A program made the translations under genes and the position numbers. A stretch of 64,000 bases of DNA from Camelus dromedarius. Lineage: Eukaryota. Below, piece after piece: positions 24,591-38,539 of this stretch. Position 1 is the first letter of the stretch, and every line of letters starts with the position of its first letter. A model generated the notes under the pieces. The model did not search any database. It was not told the DNA's origin and was given only the letters and a program-made list of their open reading frames with translations. Location: positions 22,570,001 through 22,634,000 of the forward strand of contig NC_087436.1 of assembly GCF_036321535.1 (NCBI RefSeq). Direction: 5' to 3'.

Positions 24591-27500
24591 TCTATTTTAT
24601 GCCCTGAACTAAAAAGATGGAGTGCAAGGATGAATTGGACATGAATAAACTTTCTCAAGGGATTTATGCTTTAGTGGACTCAGAAAAATTGCGATATAGT
24701 ATGGTGTTAATAACAATGGTGCTTAAAAAAAAAAAACACTGAGAGGAACAGAAGTTCAACACAGTGAAAGAATTGATGTCTTCCATACACAAAGAGGAAT
24801 TTTAGCATTTATCATTTTTCTACATTATTAAAACTGTATTTATTTATCTTCTACTATGTGCCAGACATTTTGGTTGGGCTGGTGATACAATAGGGCACAA
24901 AACATTCCCCTCAAGAATCTCACGGAGTAGAGAAGAAGGCCGTTAACAGCAGAATCAGACATATTAGTACATAATTACAAGTAGTAGTAAGTGTTTTGAA
25001 GGAAGAGTATTCTCCTATGTATTATGGCAGGGTATATAGAAGGACACAACTGAGACTGGAGGAGCAAGTGACAGTTAAGCCAAGACTTTCAGGCTAAGCA
25101 AGGTAAGCAGGGAAAGAGTACAGTCGAGGCATTCCTGGCAAAAGGAATGGCTTGAACAAACACACAACATGGGAGAGAAGTTGGAATATTTATGTGGATA
25201 CCAAGGAGACATCAGATGAGATAATATATCCTAAAGCACATTGTAAACCATAAGGCACTAAGTTATGTTAATTATAATCAGCAAAACTATTCTCAAGGAT
25301 AATCATATAATTAGTTGGTGCTCTACCACATATATTGACCTCATAAATAATGTTATTTGATCCCAGCATGACTCAAGAAGGACTAAGAAATGAATATGGT
25401 GCCCTTTTATTTTTCCCTCTGAAGTTTCCACAAAAGAACATTTTAGTGTCTTTGTTATGTGTAATTTTTTTGTTTGTTCTAGAGAAATGGAAGCAAAAAT
25501 GCCATCTTTCTCTTTAAAAATGTAAGATCATTCACCAATTTCTATTGATTAGAATACAACAGTAATATTCCAATCTATCCATCCTAAACTCTTTTCACTT
25601 ATATGACTCATATTTGAGCTGATAATCTCATCTCTGAGTTTCAGGAACCCCTTCTCACGTCCTTTCAGTCCCAACCATCATCCACAGTGTATGTGGTCAT
25701 GCGAGTTATAGTAGAGAAACAAAGTTGATTACAGTACTTTCTTGTTTAAAAATTCACAGATCAAAAAGCACAAGTGTGTTTGTTGATGCTCTTTATACAT
25801 ACAACCCCTAACACATCCTACATCAGGGAAGCACTCCAGGTATTTATTTACTGTGCAGGTAAATGAGATGAGGGGAAAGAAACTGAGATTCTAGAGTCGA
25901 GATGGACAAGGACAAGTATGCATAGTGCATTAGCAAGAGGTTAAGTTCAGTACTCAGGGGATTTGTCTTTGGATGTTCAAATCTGATCTTAGTGGTTAGT
26001 TATATTCATAAAAAACAAACTGCATATTTAATTTGTACGTTTTGTCTCTTTTAAGTAGCAAAGCAACACCTTCTTTAGAACATCTGCTTAATATAATCAA
26101 GTGGTATCTTCCTCATCGTATCATCAAATGTGTACATGTTACCTTTGTTAATGAAACACTTTTTCTTTACCTATGCTCATCTCAGGAACACAGAACATAA
26201 TTCTCCAAATACTTTCCTGGGCTTTCTTAAATATTTTAATCCCATTCAGGATTCATATGACTTCAATGTAACATCTATTAGCTTTACCACGATCTTTCGA
26301 GCATTTTAAACCAGACTTTACACCAAGAGCTATCTGCTTTCATGGTGAAATTGTTTGCACGATATGACATGGATTTGGCTGTTTTCACTTTGGTACATTT
26401 ATTTGCCTTCCCAGGAAGAAAAACAGGAACCAAAGAATCTAATTCCATATATTCGGTTCTTCATTTTTCATGAAAACGTGGATGGGTATGCACTTACGCC
26501 AAAGAGATATCTAATACCATCACCAATTTTCTTTTGAAAAGGCTTAGTAAAGAGGCAAGAAGACTGAAATATGGAAGAGGAGAACTTCTCACCAGAACTA
26601 GAGAAATTTAGCTCCATCCCTACCAATGAGCCTTAGGAAACACTGCTCCCAGGACAAAATGAAGCAGAGATCCGAAAACTTTCCAAGTCACTGTCACTGC
26701 TTAGGTCCAGGGAACAGATGATGACAGCAGAAACTTTCTTAACTTAAAGCTTTGTTGAAACCTTCACTTAACTTGTACGAGGACCAGATAAACTTCTTTC
26801 ATACTTTGGGTGTGTAAAGCAAGACTCCTGCCAATAATGGAGATAACTATGCTGTAAAAATCCACGGTATCTAACAGCTTGGCCTTTAGAAGTTACATGT
26901 CTTACCAATGAACTGAAAGAAAGACTGTTCCTTTCTCTTTTAGAGATTTGTCATGCAACAGCAGATCAAACGATGTCTTCTGAAGCTCTCGATAGCCCAG
27001 GATGGACAGTTAAAATCGCATCTTGCTGCTCTGCATTTCCTATCAATATCTTTTGTAAAATTTTACCTCTCTGTACAAATCAAACTACAATTTGCCATCA
27101 ACTGAGCTGTAACTGGGAATCCAGCTATATTCTGTAGACCCATATATCATCAACTATCTCAAATAACAGCATGTCTGAACTCAGGGGGCAGTTCTGGCTG
27201 ATGTATGAGACAGAATGGAACACAGCTTATTCTTTGGCTGCTATATTGACTTTGCTGTATGACAGTAGCAAGAACACATTTTTTATTTTTTATTTTCTTA
27301 AACAGGTCTTGGAGAGTACACAAAAGAGGGAAAACGTAGTGATTCTCACAACTCCCTTGTCACCTTAATGTGCTATCAGGAATAGACTATAATTATGGGA
27401 ATTGTTTTATTGTTTGGTTTTTAAAGACTGTATTTCAAATAATCATTCATTTATTGCATTGTTACAAAAATATCCAAGTTAAGGTTGATGATTATAAGAA

Positions 27501-27662
27501 AGCAGCCACTCGACATTTAAGAAAATTAGTAGGTAAACCTTTATAGACAGTCTGAGGTTGAGGGACCGACACAGTGAGTATTCAGTATGCTGTACGTGTT
27601 TGATATGCATCACTTCATTCAATTTTCCCAATGAATTATTTCCCTGTGAAATAAGGGCTGAT

Positions 27663-28117
27663 GCTGTCCCACCCATATTCCCTCCCCCTTCCTGCTTCAG
27701 TGCACACTGTCCAATTTCCAATCTCCAGCAACTGCGTTTCTTCAACCTTTACCCAAGGCCTTTCTCTGACTGCCAAATCCTACAGCACTAGCTTGTGTGG
27801 TAGGCAAGGAGGCTGGAATTAACTCCCTGTGGAGCAGCCTTCTTCTAAAGTCTGACATGAGTTGATATCTTCCCCACCCTCCATCCACTACCCCTAACCT
27901 TGTCCAGTAACTGCACAGACTTCCAAAATTTCCCCAGTGGGTTTCAGCTCCAAGGCTCACATGTTAATGGCCTCAAAACACACATTTTGTTGGCTACCTT
28001 CTCCCCTCTGTCTCACTTTTACTCATTCCTACTTTTTTTCCTCCACTTTTTAAATAAAGTGCTTGCACTCAAACTCCCATCACAAAGTTAGCTGCTGGGA
28101 ACACTCAAGGCAAGACA
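27663..28117 (+). mobile_element. ERVL solo LTR (LTR16-like)
   Basis: ccccagtggg...agctcca, ttggctaccttctcccct, AATAAA followed by cttgcactcaaact, and the end ...caagaca. Confidence 0.7.
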
Positions 28118-28439
28118 TTTCTCTTTTACAGAAGGGGAAACTGAGGTTTAGAAAAGTTCCTTCCCCAGGCTCACACAGCTCCACCCAGGATACAGGCCCA
28201 AGACACTGTCTTAAAGGCTCAGCACTTAATCATTAGATACACAACTTCCACTTGGCAAGGTGAAAAGTTCTCAACTTTACCTTCAAGGATGCACTCATAA
28301 GCACTCACTGATAAAATTCTATCCACTTGGGCATCTTATTTCTGAATAAAATTGAGAAACATCATTAGGAAAACAAAATATAGTCAAAATAATCCAAGAT
28401 CCAAACTGATTTCAAAAATAAAATTTGAAAAGGCTGGAC

Positions 28440-28838
28440 ATGTGGAGGATGGAGGAAGAAGGAATTAGATGAAGGCAGTCAAAAGGCACCAACTTCCAGT
28501 TATTAGATAAACAAGTATTGGGGATATAACATACAACATGATAAACATAATTAACACTGCTGTATGTTTTATATAGAAGTTGTTAAGAGAGTAAATCTTA
28601 AGAGTGCTTACCACAAGTAAAAATATATTTTCTCTTTTCTTTTGTATCTATATGAGATATTTACTACATTTACTGTGGTAGTCATTTTATAATGTATGTA
28701 ACATAATGTAATGTAAATCGTCCTGCTGTACACCTTAAACTTACACAGTGCTGTGTGTCAATTATATCTCAATAACACTGGAAGAAAAAAATCTAAATTC
28801 TCACTGCTCAAAAAAATAAAATAAAATAAAAATAAAAA
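28440..28838 (+). mobile_element. L1MA-type 3' end with A-rich tail
   Basis: gtcaaaaggcaccaacttccagttattagataaacaag...ctgtacaccttaaacttacacagtgctgtgtgtcaattatatctcaataacactggaa, then (TAAAA)n. Confidence 0.85.
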
Positions 28839-30827
28839 GGCTAGACAAAGCAAGCTACTTGAATTTGAAATGCAGGTGATTCTATTTTTTTTTTTAAGAA
28901 TTAAAACACAGGTCTTAATGCATGTGCTCGCTTCTGTTTGAGAAATAGAACATGCTCATTATAGTAAGTACCAATTGTAATGAAAAATTCAAATCTGATC
29001 AACGTCCAAATATGGGAGTTCCTGGTAGGCTCTCGACAGACTTGCTGAGGATTCTTTATCCTTCTCCTCCAGCTTTGGTGCCACCACTGTTAAAAAAGTG
29101 GTTCTCTCCTATGCATCAGAATCACAAGAAGCTTTTAAAGACAGGTGTCTGAACTCCTCTGGACTTAACATATTTAGAGAGGTGTATTTTCAGAAGCTCC
29201 AAATGAGGTTCTAGAAAGAGGCACAGGGTCATCACAGGGCATGTGTCCTCGCCAGGGTGGAAAGAGACTTGCTGCTCCAACCTGCCTAATCAGCTCCATG
29301 GAGGGGAGTAAAGTGATTAAAGAAAACTGAAACTGTTGGAAGCCAACTGGTTCATCTCAGACTTCTTTAAGAAATCAGCTCTTGAAAATTCTTGGATATT
29401 TTAATATGCCTGTCAGGAATCTCTGGGCCTCCTTGAATTTTCCCATAAAATTTAAATATCCCAGCAATAATTTTGAGATGTCATCTTCTCTCTACGTGTA
29501 AGCAACTTTTAAAATGTGGCTTTATTAGTAGATTTTATTCAACATGCTGGATTAGGAGGATTTGGGTTAATAGATTTTATGCTAAGAATGGTTTATTTCC
29601 CAAAAGCTGCTCTAGCATCAAAATAATTGTGCATTTAAATAATGAAAATAATAATAAATTTCTTAAGTTTCAAAATAACTTACACTGTAATTAAATTATG
29701 TGGCATTTGGGAAAAAAAGGGAGAATATTGTAAAATTAAATAATATTCAAGGATTTGTAAACTATAATTTCTAAAGCAGAAGAGAAAATTTGAGTATTGT
29801 GCTGTGACTAAATCAAGAATGATTTATTAAAAGCTCAAGTTTAGCTGTAGCTCAGCTAAGGTTCAAAGTGGAATCAAGTTTGAGGATGCAACTCCAGAGC
29901 CTGGATTAGACGTGAACACTGGAGACATATGACCTGGTTTTTGAAGTATTTGTTTTTCTTGGTCGGGGGTACCCTGAGAAGATGACCCTGTATCGGTTCA
30001 GCTTTAGAATTCAGAAAGGCTTAGAATCTAAGACTACGATTGCTTTTGATTTCTATTGTTATTGTTTGGTTTCTGTTGTTTCAAACTGCGTATTTATGAA
30101 ACAGATTCATAATACCAGGGATATAGCATGCTAAAGAAATCATACTGATTCTAAGCTATCGAAATTTTAGTGTGGATGTGGATAGAGGCAAATTAAAATA
30201 ATTTTTTAACGGAGAATCCTGCTGTAAAATTGCTGGAAGAGTGCTAAGTTTCCAAGTTTAGAGGTGTCAATTTTATGAAGTTTCTGTTATGATTTTCAAG
30301 GAAGCTTATAGTCAGTGAGAAAAGCATTACTTGGATTCCCTAATCTTTGATAAAGGGCATCCTAGAAATTTACCCAGCAGACCTCAATGGCTACAAAACC
30401 CAGTATATGTTTTATGCAAAGTATAGGAGGGAAAGAGGGGAGAGGGTGTTGACTGAAGAGAAAAGTAAAACATTCTTTGAATAAAGAGTCTTCTAAGTTA
30501 AATTCCACAGTAGAAAAAGGGTTGTTGTGGTTTATAACCAGGTGTAATAATGAAAATATTTAATGACTGCTATGGCACAAAAACCAATCAGAACTGAAAC
30601 CAGAGGTTAGTCTGTATTGATCCACACGAGGTGACTCTTAGAATTCCCTATTAAATGGCTAAAAAAATAAACATGATAGAAAAGATAGACTGAAAGAAAT
30701 TGCAAGCCAAAGAGAAGATTTTAGAGTACGGTAAACTAATTTCAGCAACGTGAAATGTAAAGGGAAAGATTTCTGATCAAACATGGAAAGTTAAACACTG
30801 TACCTTCTACACTGCCTGTGATGAGAA

Positions 30828-31245
30828 TGTATTAGTTTTCCATTGCTGTTGTAATCAATTACCACAAATTTAGTGACTGAAACAACACAGATTTATTCCT
30901 TTCTGAAGGCTCTAGGGGATAATCCATCTTCTTGCCAGCTCCAGTTTCTAAAGGGTTTAAAAGACACCCACATTCCTTGACTCATGGCCCCCTTACAGGA
31001 CCTTCCAAGCCAGCATCTCTCTGACCCATCCTGCATAGTCCCCTCTGACTTCTTCTGCCTCCCTCTCCCACCTTAAGGACCCCTGTGATCACATCTGGCT
31101 CACTCTGATAATCCAGGATACCTCCCTGCCTTAAATTCAGTTGATTTGCAACCTTAATTCCTTTCGTTATATAACCTAACATATTCACAGACCCTGCAAA
31201 TTAGGCTACAGAATTCCTTGGAGGACTGTTATTCTGCCTACCTCA
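30828..31245 (-). mobile_element. MaLR solo LTR (MLT1B/C-like)
   Basis: tgtattagttttccattgctgttgtaatcaattaccacaaatttagtg ... acatattcacag ... attctgcctacc. Confidence 0.85.
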
Positions 31246-31894
31246 GACAGTAAAGGGATGGGGAAGAAAAAGGGCCATTAATTCACAAATCCAAAGAGAG
31301 ACGGGGTAGGGAGCTAATAGAAGCACAAATCTGTAAACTGAGAATTGTGGTAACTGACTCAGCAGACCAGAGTACGCTACAGTCTTCATCAGCATGTGGG
31401 AAAAGTGCAGAAACAAGCTGATCCCATCCCACAGCCGTAACACGTAGTAGAGAAAGTGGGGAGAAATGTATTGATAACATGAAACCTGTAAGCCTCCAGA
31501 TCTCCTCAATTTTCAGCCTCCTGGTGACTGTCTCTCTTCATAATGCCTTCAGAAACTAGATTCATCTCGTGAGAGGATGAGTCAGGAAGACTTAGGATTC
31601 AGGGACTCTGAGCACAGCTGGACAATGAAATATACTGAGGCAGCTGGATGAAGTACATGTCTAAGTGTTAAATACTGAAGACCCCAGTCTCCTTTCCCTA
31701 TCAGTCCTGAGAATTCTGGGGGATGATAAATCCATTTCTGGGGATTAAACAAAGCCCCAAATAAAGAACCACAGACAACAACTGTTGGAAGCCAAATTAA
31801 AATTGCCCATCCTCTTAACCTCATCATCCTACAGTGAAGCCCAACAGTTACTACTAGTCAAGGTTTTGTCCACACTCATAGAACTTCCAGTTAA

Positions 31895-32785
31895 CTGTTT
31901 TCGCTGCAATGTTAGTCACCCTTTTACCATGTACAATTCAGTAGTTTTTAGTGTATTCATCATGTTGTGCAACTGTTAGACCGCTATCTAATTTCAGATA
32001 TTTTCACCGCCCCCAAAGCAGTATTCATACTTATTAGCAGTTATTCCCCATTCTTCTCCAACTCCAGCCCCTGGAAAATATTAATCCACATTCTGTCTCT
32101 ATTCTGGCCATTTCACGTACATGGAATCATCATGTGGCCATTTGTGTCTGGCTTCTTCCACTCATCATAGTGTTTTTGAGGTTTATCTCTTGGGTAGTAT
32201 GTAAGTACTTCATTCCTTTTTATTGTTAAATAACATTCTATTTTCTGGACATACCATAATTTCCTTTATCTATTCATCACGTGATGGTCATTTGGGTTGT
32301 TTCCCCTTTCCAGTTGTTTTGAATAATGCTACTCTTAACAGTCATACACAAGTTTTTATGTGAAGTCATACAAATGTCTGCACCATTCCCACCAGCCACG
32401 TATGAAGGTCCCACTTTCTCCACTACCTGACTCTTTTCCATTAGACATCCTAATGGGTAACTGGTTTCTCATTGTAGTTTTTCTCCTGGTCATTTCTTCA
32501 ACAGCTAAAGATGCTGAGCATGTTTTCAGGTGCTTATTGGTCATTTGTATATACAGATGTTCAAATTCCTTGCCCATTTTTTAAAAATTAGGCAACTTGT
32601 CTTTTTATTGTTCAGTTCTAATAATTCTTTAGGTAGCCTGGATATTAGAGCCTTAACAGGTATATATTTTCTCTCAATCTGTGGATTATTTTTTCACTTT
32701 CTTGATAGTGCCATTTGAAGCATAAAAGTTCTAATGTCAGCAAAGTCCAATTTATCTATTTTTCCTTTGGCTGCTTGTACCCAAT
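31895..32785 (-). mobile_element. Old L1 3' portion (L1MB-like)
   Basis: ORF 32356-32577(-) contains IQMTNKHLKTCSASL (ORF2p C-terminus). 3'UTR motif agtgtattcatcatgttgtgcaac. Confidence 0.85.
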
Positions 32786-34712
32786 TAACTTTTTGTGTAC
32801 CTCTTAAATGTGAGCTGGCCACAGATCAAAGGAAGCTGCAGAGGATCTCTAATAAAAATGGCAGTAAAATCAACAAACTTATAAAAAAACCCAATAAGAA
32901 TATGGGCAATGCAGGAAGTAAAAGAAAAATTTTTGAATCTATAATTAATATTGTATATAGGGAAAAAGAGTAGAATCTATAATGTAGAACATTCCAAAAC
33001 TAAAATGTCATTTGGAAATTAAAAATGTAATTGTAGGAGTTAAATGTGATAGAATCACCACATGAGACAGCAAGAAGAAGAGAATAAAAGAATATATTTA
33101 GAGGATCTACCCACGAAACCCTACATCTGATTAGTAAGAGTTCTAGAAATAAAAAGCAGAGGAAAGAGAATTATACCAAAACATCCAGAGATGTGTTTTT
33201 TAACTGAAAAATAAAACCTTTGCTTTTAGATAGAGAAGTTCTATGAGGGGATAAGCACAATGGATTTCAAAAAAACACTCTTCATTTGGCATGAAACTTC
33301 AGAACTTTAAAAACAAAGACAGTCACTTACAAGTTTCCAGAGAGAAAAGAAAGAATAATCATATTTGACAGAAAATCATAGAAGTATCAAACTGCTGAAT
33401 AATAGTCAAGTGAAGGCTGGCCACTTTCACTAAAGGGGCATGTTTATTGGAGTTATGCCTTTCCTTCTTCACATAGTATGTCTGGTAGGCTAAGGGAAAA
33501 CAACATGTCCTTTAGTTTATAAAAGGCCACAAGAAGCCACACAGTGACCCAGTGGAGAGGAAAGGACTAAATGTGATCTAGGGATCTTATAACAGACTTG
33601 AGAGGTTTACATAAAGTCTCCATGAGAGCAGAGATCACCAAATCTTTACCGATGTGTTCAAAAGGCATGGAACAGTTTGTGGAATTCCATAAATTCTTAA
33701 TAAATAATTTTAAATGAATGAATGAAGATTTGTATGTAATTTTGAGGTTATCTTCCTTGGAGAAAGGAGTGAAGACATTTCATATAATGTATATATATGG
33801 GGAAGAAAGAATGGTAAATGTATTGAGTAGTTCACTTAATACCAACACCAACTGAATTTCCTTCAGTGTTTAAATTATAGAGGCTAGAAAATGTAGCAAG
33901 CACCTTGGCAGAACTCCTTCTAGTAAGGATGTCCATGTGTCAGGATTCTCACCAATGAAAGATCAGTAATCTTCTAGATTTTTTCTAGGAAATTCTTTGT
34001 TTTCTTGCATTAAATATTGCTGCTTCTTGATTTTCTTCATTCTTCTTTATTCTGATTGGAATGTAGATATAAAGGCTGGTGCTATTGCAGCTACATTGGG
34101 ATCAGGCAGGCAAGGTCAAGAAATACACAGAGACCTTGGTCATGACATTTTGACCCATTGAACCTACCCTCAAACTTTCAGTCCGAATAAAGGAATATAT
34201 TTAGGTCATTGTTAATAAGATTTATTTTGTTGTTGCTCACAGCTACCTACATATGCTAAAGGACACACTGTCTAAAGGGAGAAATAAACAAAAAAATTAA
34301 CAAATTAATCTATAAATACAAATCATAATAAACACTGAGTAGGATGCAATGATGAATTGGTAGAAGGAGATAAATGAGACTAGGTAGGGTGTCAGACAAG
34401 CTCTAAGAGAGAGAGATTTACTTGAGCCCTGGAAGATAGAAGAATTCAGCTGTGGGAAGAACCAGAGAAGATAGGTACAATCAGAAGGTAAGAGCATGTG
34501 TTGAGTATCTGAGATGAGAATAAACCTCACATGTTTGAGAAATGAAGGCCAGTGTGCCTGAATGCAGAGGGTTAGGGGAAAGGGGCATATAGGGAGGTGG
34601 GTGGTAGACAGATCAGTTCTAGTGTTTTAAACCATTGTTAGGAGACTGGATTTTATGCAAAGCATCAAGTGAGTCATAAAAGGCTTTTACAGATGGGAAT
34701 GATCAAAATACA

Positions 34713-34801
34713 ATTTTTATTTATTTTAAATGGAGGTACTAGGGATTAAACCCAGGGTCTCGTGCAAGCTAAGCATGTGCTATATCACTGAGCTATACCC
34801 T
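34713..34801 (-). mobile_element. tRNA-Ala-derived SINE (vic-1-like), inserted in an L2 remnant
   Basis: Reverse complement reads gggtatagctcagtgatatagcacatgcttagcttgcacgagaccctgggtttaatccctagtacctccat plus an A-rich tail. Pol III A and B boxes are recognisable. Confidence 0.9.
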
Positions 34802-35449
34802 ATGCTGGAGTTTGTTTTTAAAAAAAAAAAAACAAGTCAAAAAGTTTGGTTGTGAGGAAGAAAAAAGAAATAGGCTAGAACCTGGAGGGAAATGCAGGAT
34901 TAAGGAATGTCTTTTTATGATGATGGTAACAATGCAATAGTGAGGAATACATTTAAGGTCCAGAAGAGAGGTGGTGATTAGTGGACAAAATCCTTACACT
35001 GGTGATAGACAAGGCTGCCAGGACCTTGAGCAGCTATGGAAGAACAAGTCTTCAAAAGGAGGCAGGACAAGTTCTCAGTTTTATCAGAAGTGGAGAAGAA
35101 GACGGACAAGGTGTTGGACTGGATATCCCCGTGGCTGGTGCAGCTACCAGGAGTAGTGGAAAGAACTGAGCTCCAAGAAAGATTGGGAGTTAGAAAATAC
35201 CACCTTCAGGAAGTAAAGAGCTCCAGAGATGACAGAAATTAGAAGAACAGGGGATACGTCAGGATGTGTGTTCATGGAGAGAGCAGGGGGTTTGCAAGGG
35301 GAAAGAGAGTAAGTCTCCAGGGGCAGCAATAGAAAATAAAGAAGATGGGTATCTCGCCTCCAAACCAAGTGTTCTCAACGCACAGGCAGGGTTAAGGTAA
35401 GGTCAGGGTAAGAGGTGAAGGCAGGTAAAAGGGGTGCCCATGTGTTTTT

Positions 35450-36390
35450 TGGTTTTTAATTTTTTTTTTTTTGGAATGAAGTTAATTTTTTAGAGTTCAT
35501 AGCAAAACTAAGTAGAAAGGACAGAGAGCTGCAAAATACTTCCTACCCACCACACCAACACCCGACACCAGAGGTACACATTCGTTGGCATCCATAAACC
35601 TACTTTGATACAACATTATCACCCAAAGTCTACAGTTTGCATCAGGGTTCAGTCTTGGTGTTGTACTTTCCATGAGTTTGGATAAATGTATAATGACATG
35701 TATCCACAATTACAGCATCATATAATAGAACATAGAGACAGAATAGCTTCACTGACCTAAAAACTCTCCATGCTCTGCCTATTTAACTATATTAAGCCCT
35801 TGGCAACCACTGACCTTTTCCCTATCTCCGTAATTTTGCCTTTTCTAGAAAGCTATATAGTTAGAATCATACAGTATGTAGCTTTCTTCAGATGACTTCT
35901 TGTGCTTATGCATTTAGGGTTCCCTCGTGTCTTTTCATGGTTTGATAGTTCATTTCTTTTTAGTGCTGAATAATATGCCATTGTCTGAATGTATCATGGT
36001 TTATTTTTCCACTCACTTATCTCACTTATTGAAGGACATTGGTTGCTTCCAAGCTTTGAAAATTACTTATAAAGCTGGTTCAAACATCCATGAGTAAGCT
36101 TTTGTGTGGACCTAAGTTTCCAGCTCCTTTGGGTAAACACCAAGGAGCACGGTTGGTTGATCATATGACGAGTATGTTTAGCTCTGTAAAGAACCAATGT
36201 GTCTTCCAAAGTGGCTGTACCAGTTTGCATTCCCACTAACAATAAATGAGAATGCCTGTTGTTCCACAACCTTGTCATATTCTGTCAGTGTTTCAGATTT
36301 TGGCCATTCTGATAGGTGTGTAGTGGTATTTCATTGTTTTCATTTGTATTCCCCTACTGACAGATGATGCAGAACATCTTTTCATATATA
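35450..36390 (-). mobile_element. Old L1 3' region (L1MB/MC-like)
   Basis: gtcttggtgttgtactttccatgagtttggataaatg, ttccaaagtggctgtaccagtttgcattcccac and ttggccattctgataggtgtgtagtggtat. Confidence 0.85.
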
Positions 36391-37842
36391 TTTGAGCTTA
36401 TTTTTGTATATGATGTTAGAGAATGTTCTAATTTCATTCTTTACACATAGCTGTCCAGTTTTCCCAGCACCACTTACTGAAGATACTGTTTTTTCTCCAT
36501 TGTATATTCTTGCCTCCTTTGTTATAGAGTAATTGACCATAACTGTGTAGGTTTACTTCTGGACTCTCTATTCTGTTCCATTGATTTATGTGTTTGTTTT
36601 TGTGCCAGTACCATACTCTTTTGACGACTAACTTTGTAGTTTGGTCTGAAGTCAGGAAGCATGATTCCTCTAGCTCTGTTCTTCTTCCTCATTATTGTTT
36701 TGGCTATTTGGGGTCCTTTGTGTTTCCATACAAATTTACTGTGAAAAATGTCACTGGTATTTTGATAGGGGTTGCATTGAATCTGTAGATTGCCTTGGGA
36801 AGTAGGGCAAGTTTAACAATATCCAACATATATAAACAACCCATACAAATCAACATCAATAAAAAACAAATAACCTGATTAAAACATGGGCAGAAGAACT
36901 GAATAGACATTTTTCCAAAGGGGAAATGCAGATGGCCAACAGGCACGTGAAAATATGCTCAACATCATTAACCATGAGGGAAACAGAAATCAAAACCACA
37001 ATGAGATATCACCTCACACCTGTCAGAATAGCTATCATAAAAAAGAACATAAATAACACATATTGGTGAGGATGTGGAGAAAAGGGAACTGTCATACACT
37101 GTTGGTGGGAATGTAAATTGATGCAGCCACTGTGGAAAACAGTTGGAGGTTTCTCAAAAACTAAAAATAGAACTACCATATGATCCAACAATTCCACTCC
37201 TGGGTATATATCCAAAAAACCCGAAAACACTAAATGGAAAAGATACATGCACTCTAATATTCATAGCAGCATTATTTACAATTGCCAAGACATGGAAGCA
37301 AGCTAAGTGTCCCTCAATGGATGAGTGAATTAGGAAGATGTGGAATACTACTCAGCCATAAAAAGAATGAAATTTTGCCATTTGCAACAACATGCATGGA
37401 CTTGGAGGGTATTATGCTAAATGAAATAAGTCAGACAGAGAAATAGAAATACTGTATGATATCACTTATATGTGGAATCTAAAAAAATACAACAAACTAG
37501 TGAATATAACAAAACAGAAGCAGACTCACAGAGGTAGAGAACAAACTAGTGGTTACCAGTGGGGAGAGGGAAGAGGGGAGGGTCAATATAGGGGCAGGGG
37601 ATTAACAGGTACAAACTATTATTCATAAAATAAGCTAGAAGGATACATTGTATTATAAACTGACTATACTTCCATAAAATATATATAAAAAGTGGGAAAA
37701 AGAATATATTGTACAACACAGAAAATATAGTCAGTATTTTATAATAGTTATAAATGGAGTATAACCTTCAAAAATTGTGAATAACTATATCGTACGCCTA
37801 TAAATTATGTAATACTATACATCAAGTATACTTCAATGAAAA
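36391..37842 (+). mobile_element. 5'-inverted L1: antisense ORF2 segment 36391-36820 joined to sense ORF2 C-terminus and 3'UTR
   Basis: ORF 36704-36946(-) contains [25 protein letters not shown] 37143-37328(+) contains [20 protein letters not shown]...[13 protein letters not shown]. The strand switch is at about 36820. Confidence 0.9.
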
Positions 37843-38065
37843 ATGTGTAAGTGAAAGAGCAGATGAGGCCATGAATAAAACGGGCAATATCTAATGAGGA
37901 AAAGCAGGTTTGTAGAAGAGGACAGTCACTCACTTGGGGCCTATTAGTCTTGAGAGGTCTGCAGAACATCGAGGTGGACACATTCAGGATACATTTAGAA
38001 ATAGAAATTCGTATATTGGTACAGCACTGAGATGTACTTGCCTTCATCACTGAGAAGGGCATCAC

Positions 38066-38539
38066 TGATAAAGACTGTCTCTCTGACTACCCTTTAGTCA
38101 GGCTCCTCTAAGCCCTCTAGATTTCAACCTTGGGCTCGAGTGGCCACCCTCGTCGGGCCTGCATTCCCCAGTTTTAGCAATAATTTTGTTAAGTCAGTTT
38201 AGAGGGAATCCCCGACCCTTGGTATCTGATCACTCTTGACACCTGGTAAAAGCCTTTATCCCCCAGTTTGATATCTGGTCACCCCAGCTGGCTTTCAGTA
38301 AGAATCCCGTGAAGTCTGGTTAGCCGGAATCCCCCCTTACTCCTGGTGTCTCCTCTTACTAATTTTCTAACCACAGACCCCTGTCCTGTTCCTTGGCCAT
38401 AAATTCCCACTTGTCCATGCTGTATTCAGAATTGAGCCCCGTTCTACAGTGAAGTTTCTTTTCTCATATTACAATAGTTACTCAATAAACTCTGGTTTTA
38501 TTGCCCTAACTACTGTTCGGCTCTGTTTTGTCTTTAACA
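38066..38539 (+). mobile_element. ERV1 solo LTR (MER31/MER67-like) with 4-bp TSD, inserted in an L2
   Basis: TG...CA termini (tgataaagactgtctctctgac...tagtcaggctcctct ... gtctttaaca), AATAAA near 38485, and TSD TCAC at 38062-38065 and 38540-38543. Confidence 0.85.

Noticed and set aside
34971..35368. Cluster of ORFs in several frames
   Set aside because: Purine-rich decayed sequence next to L2 remnants, with no recognisable protein.
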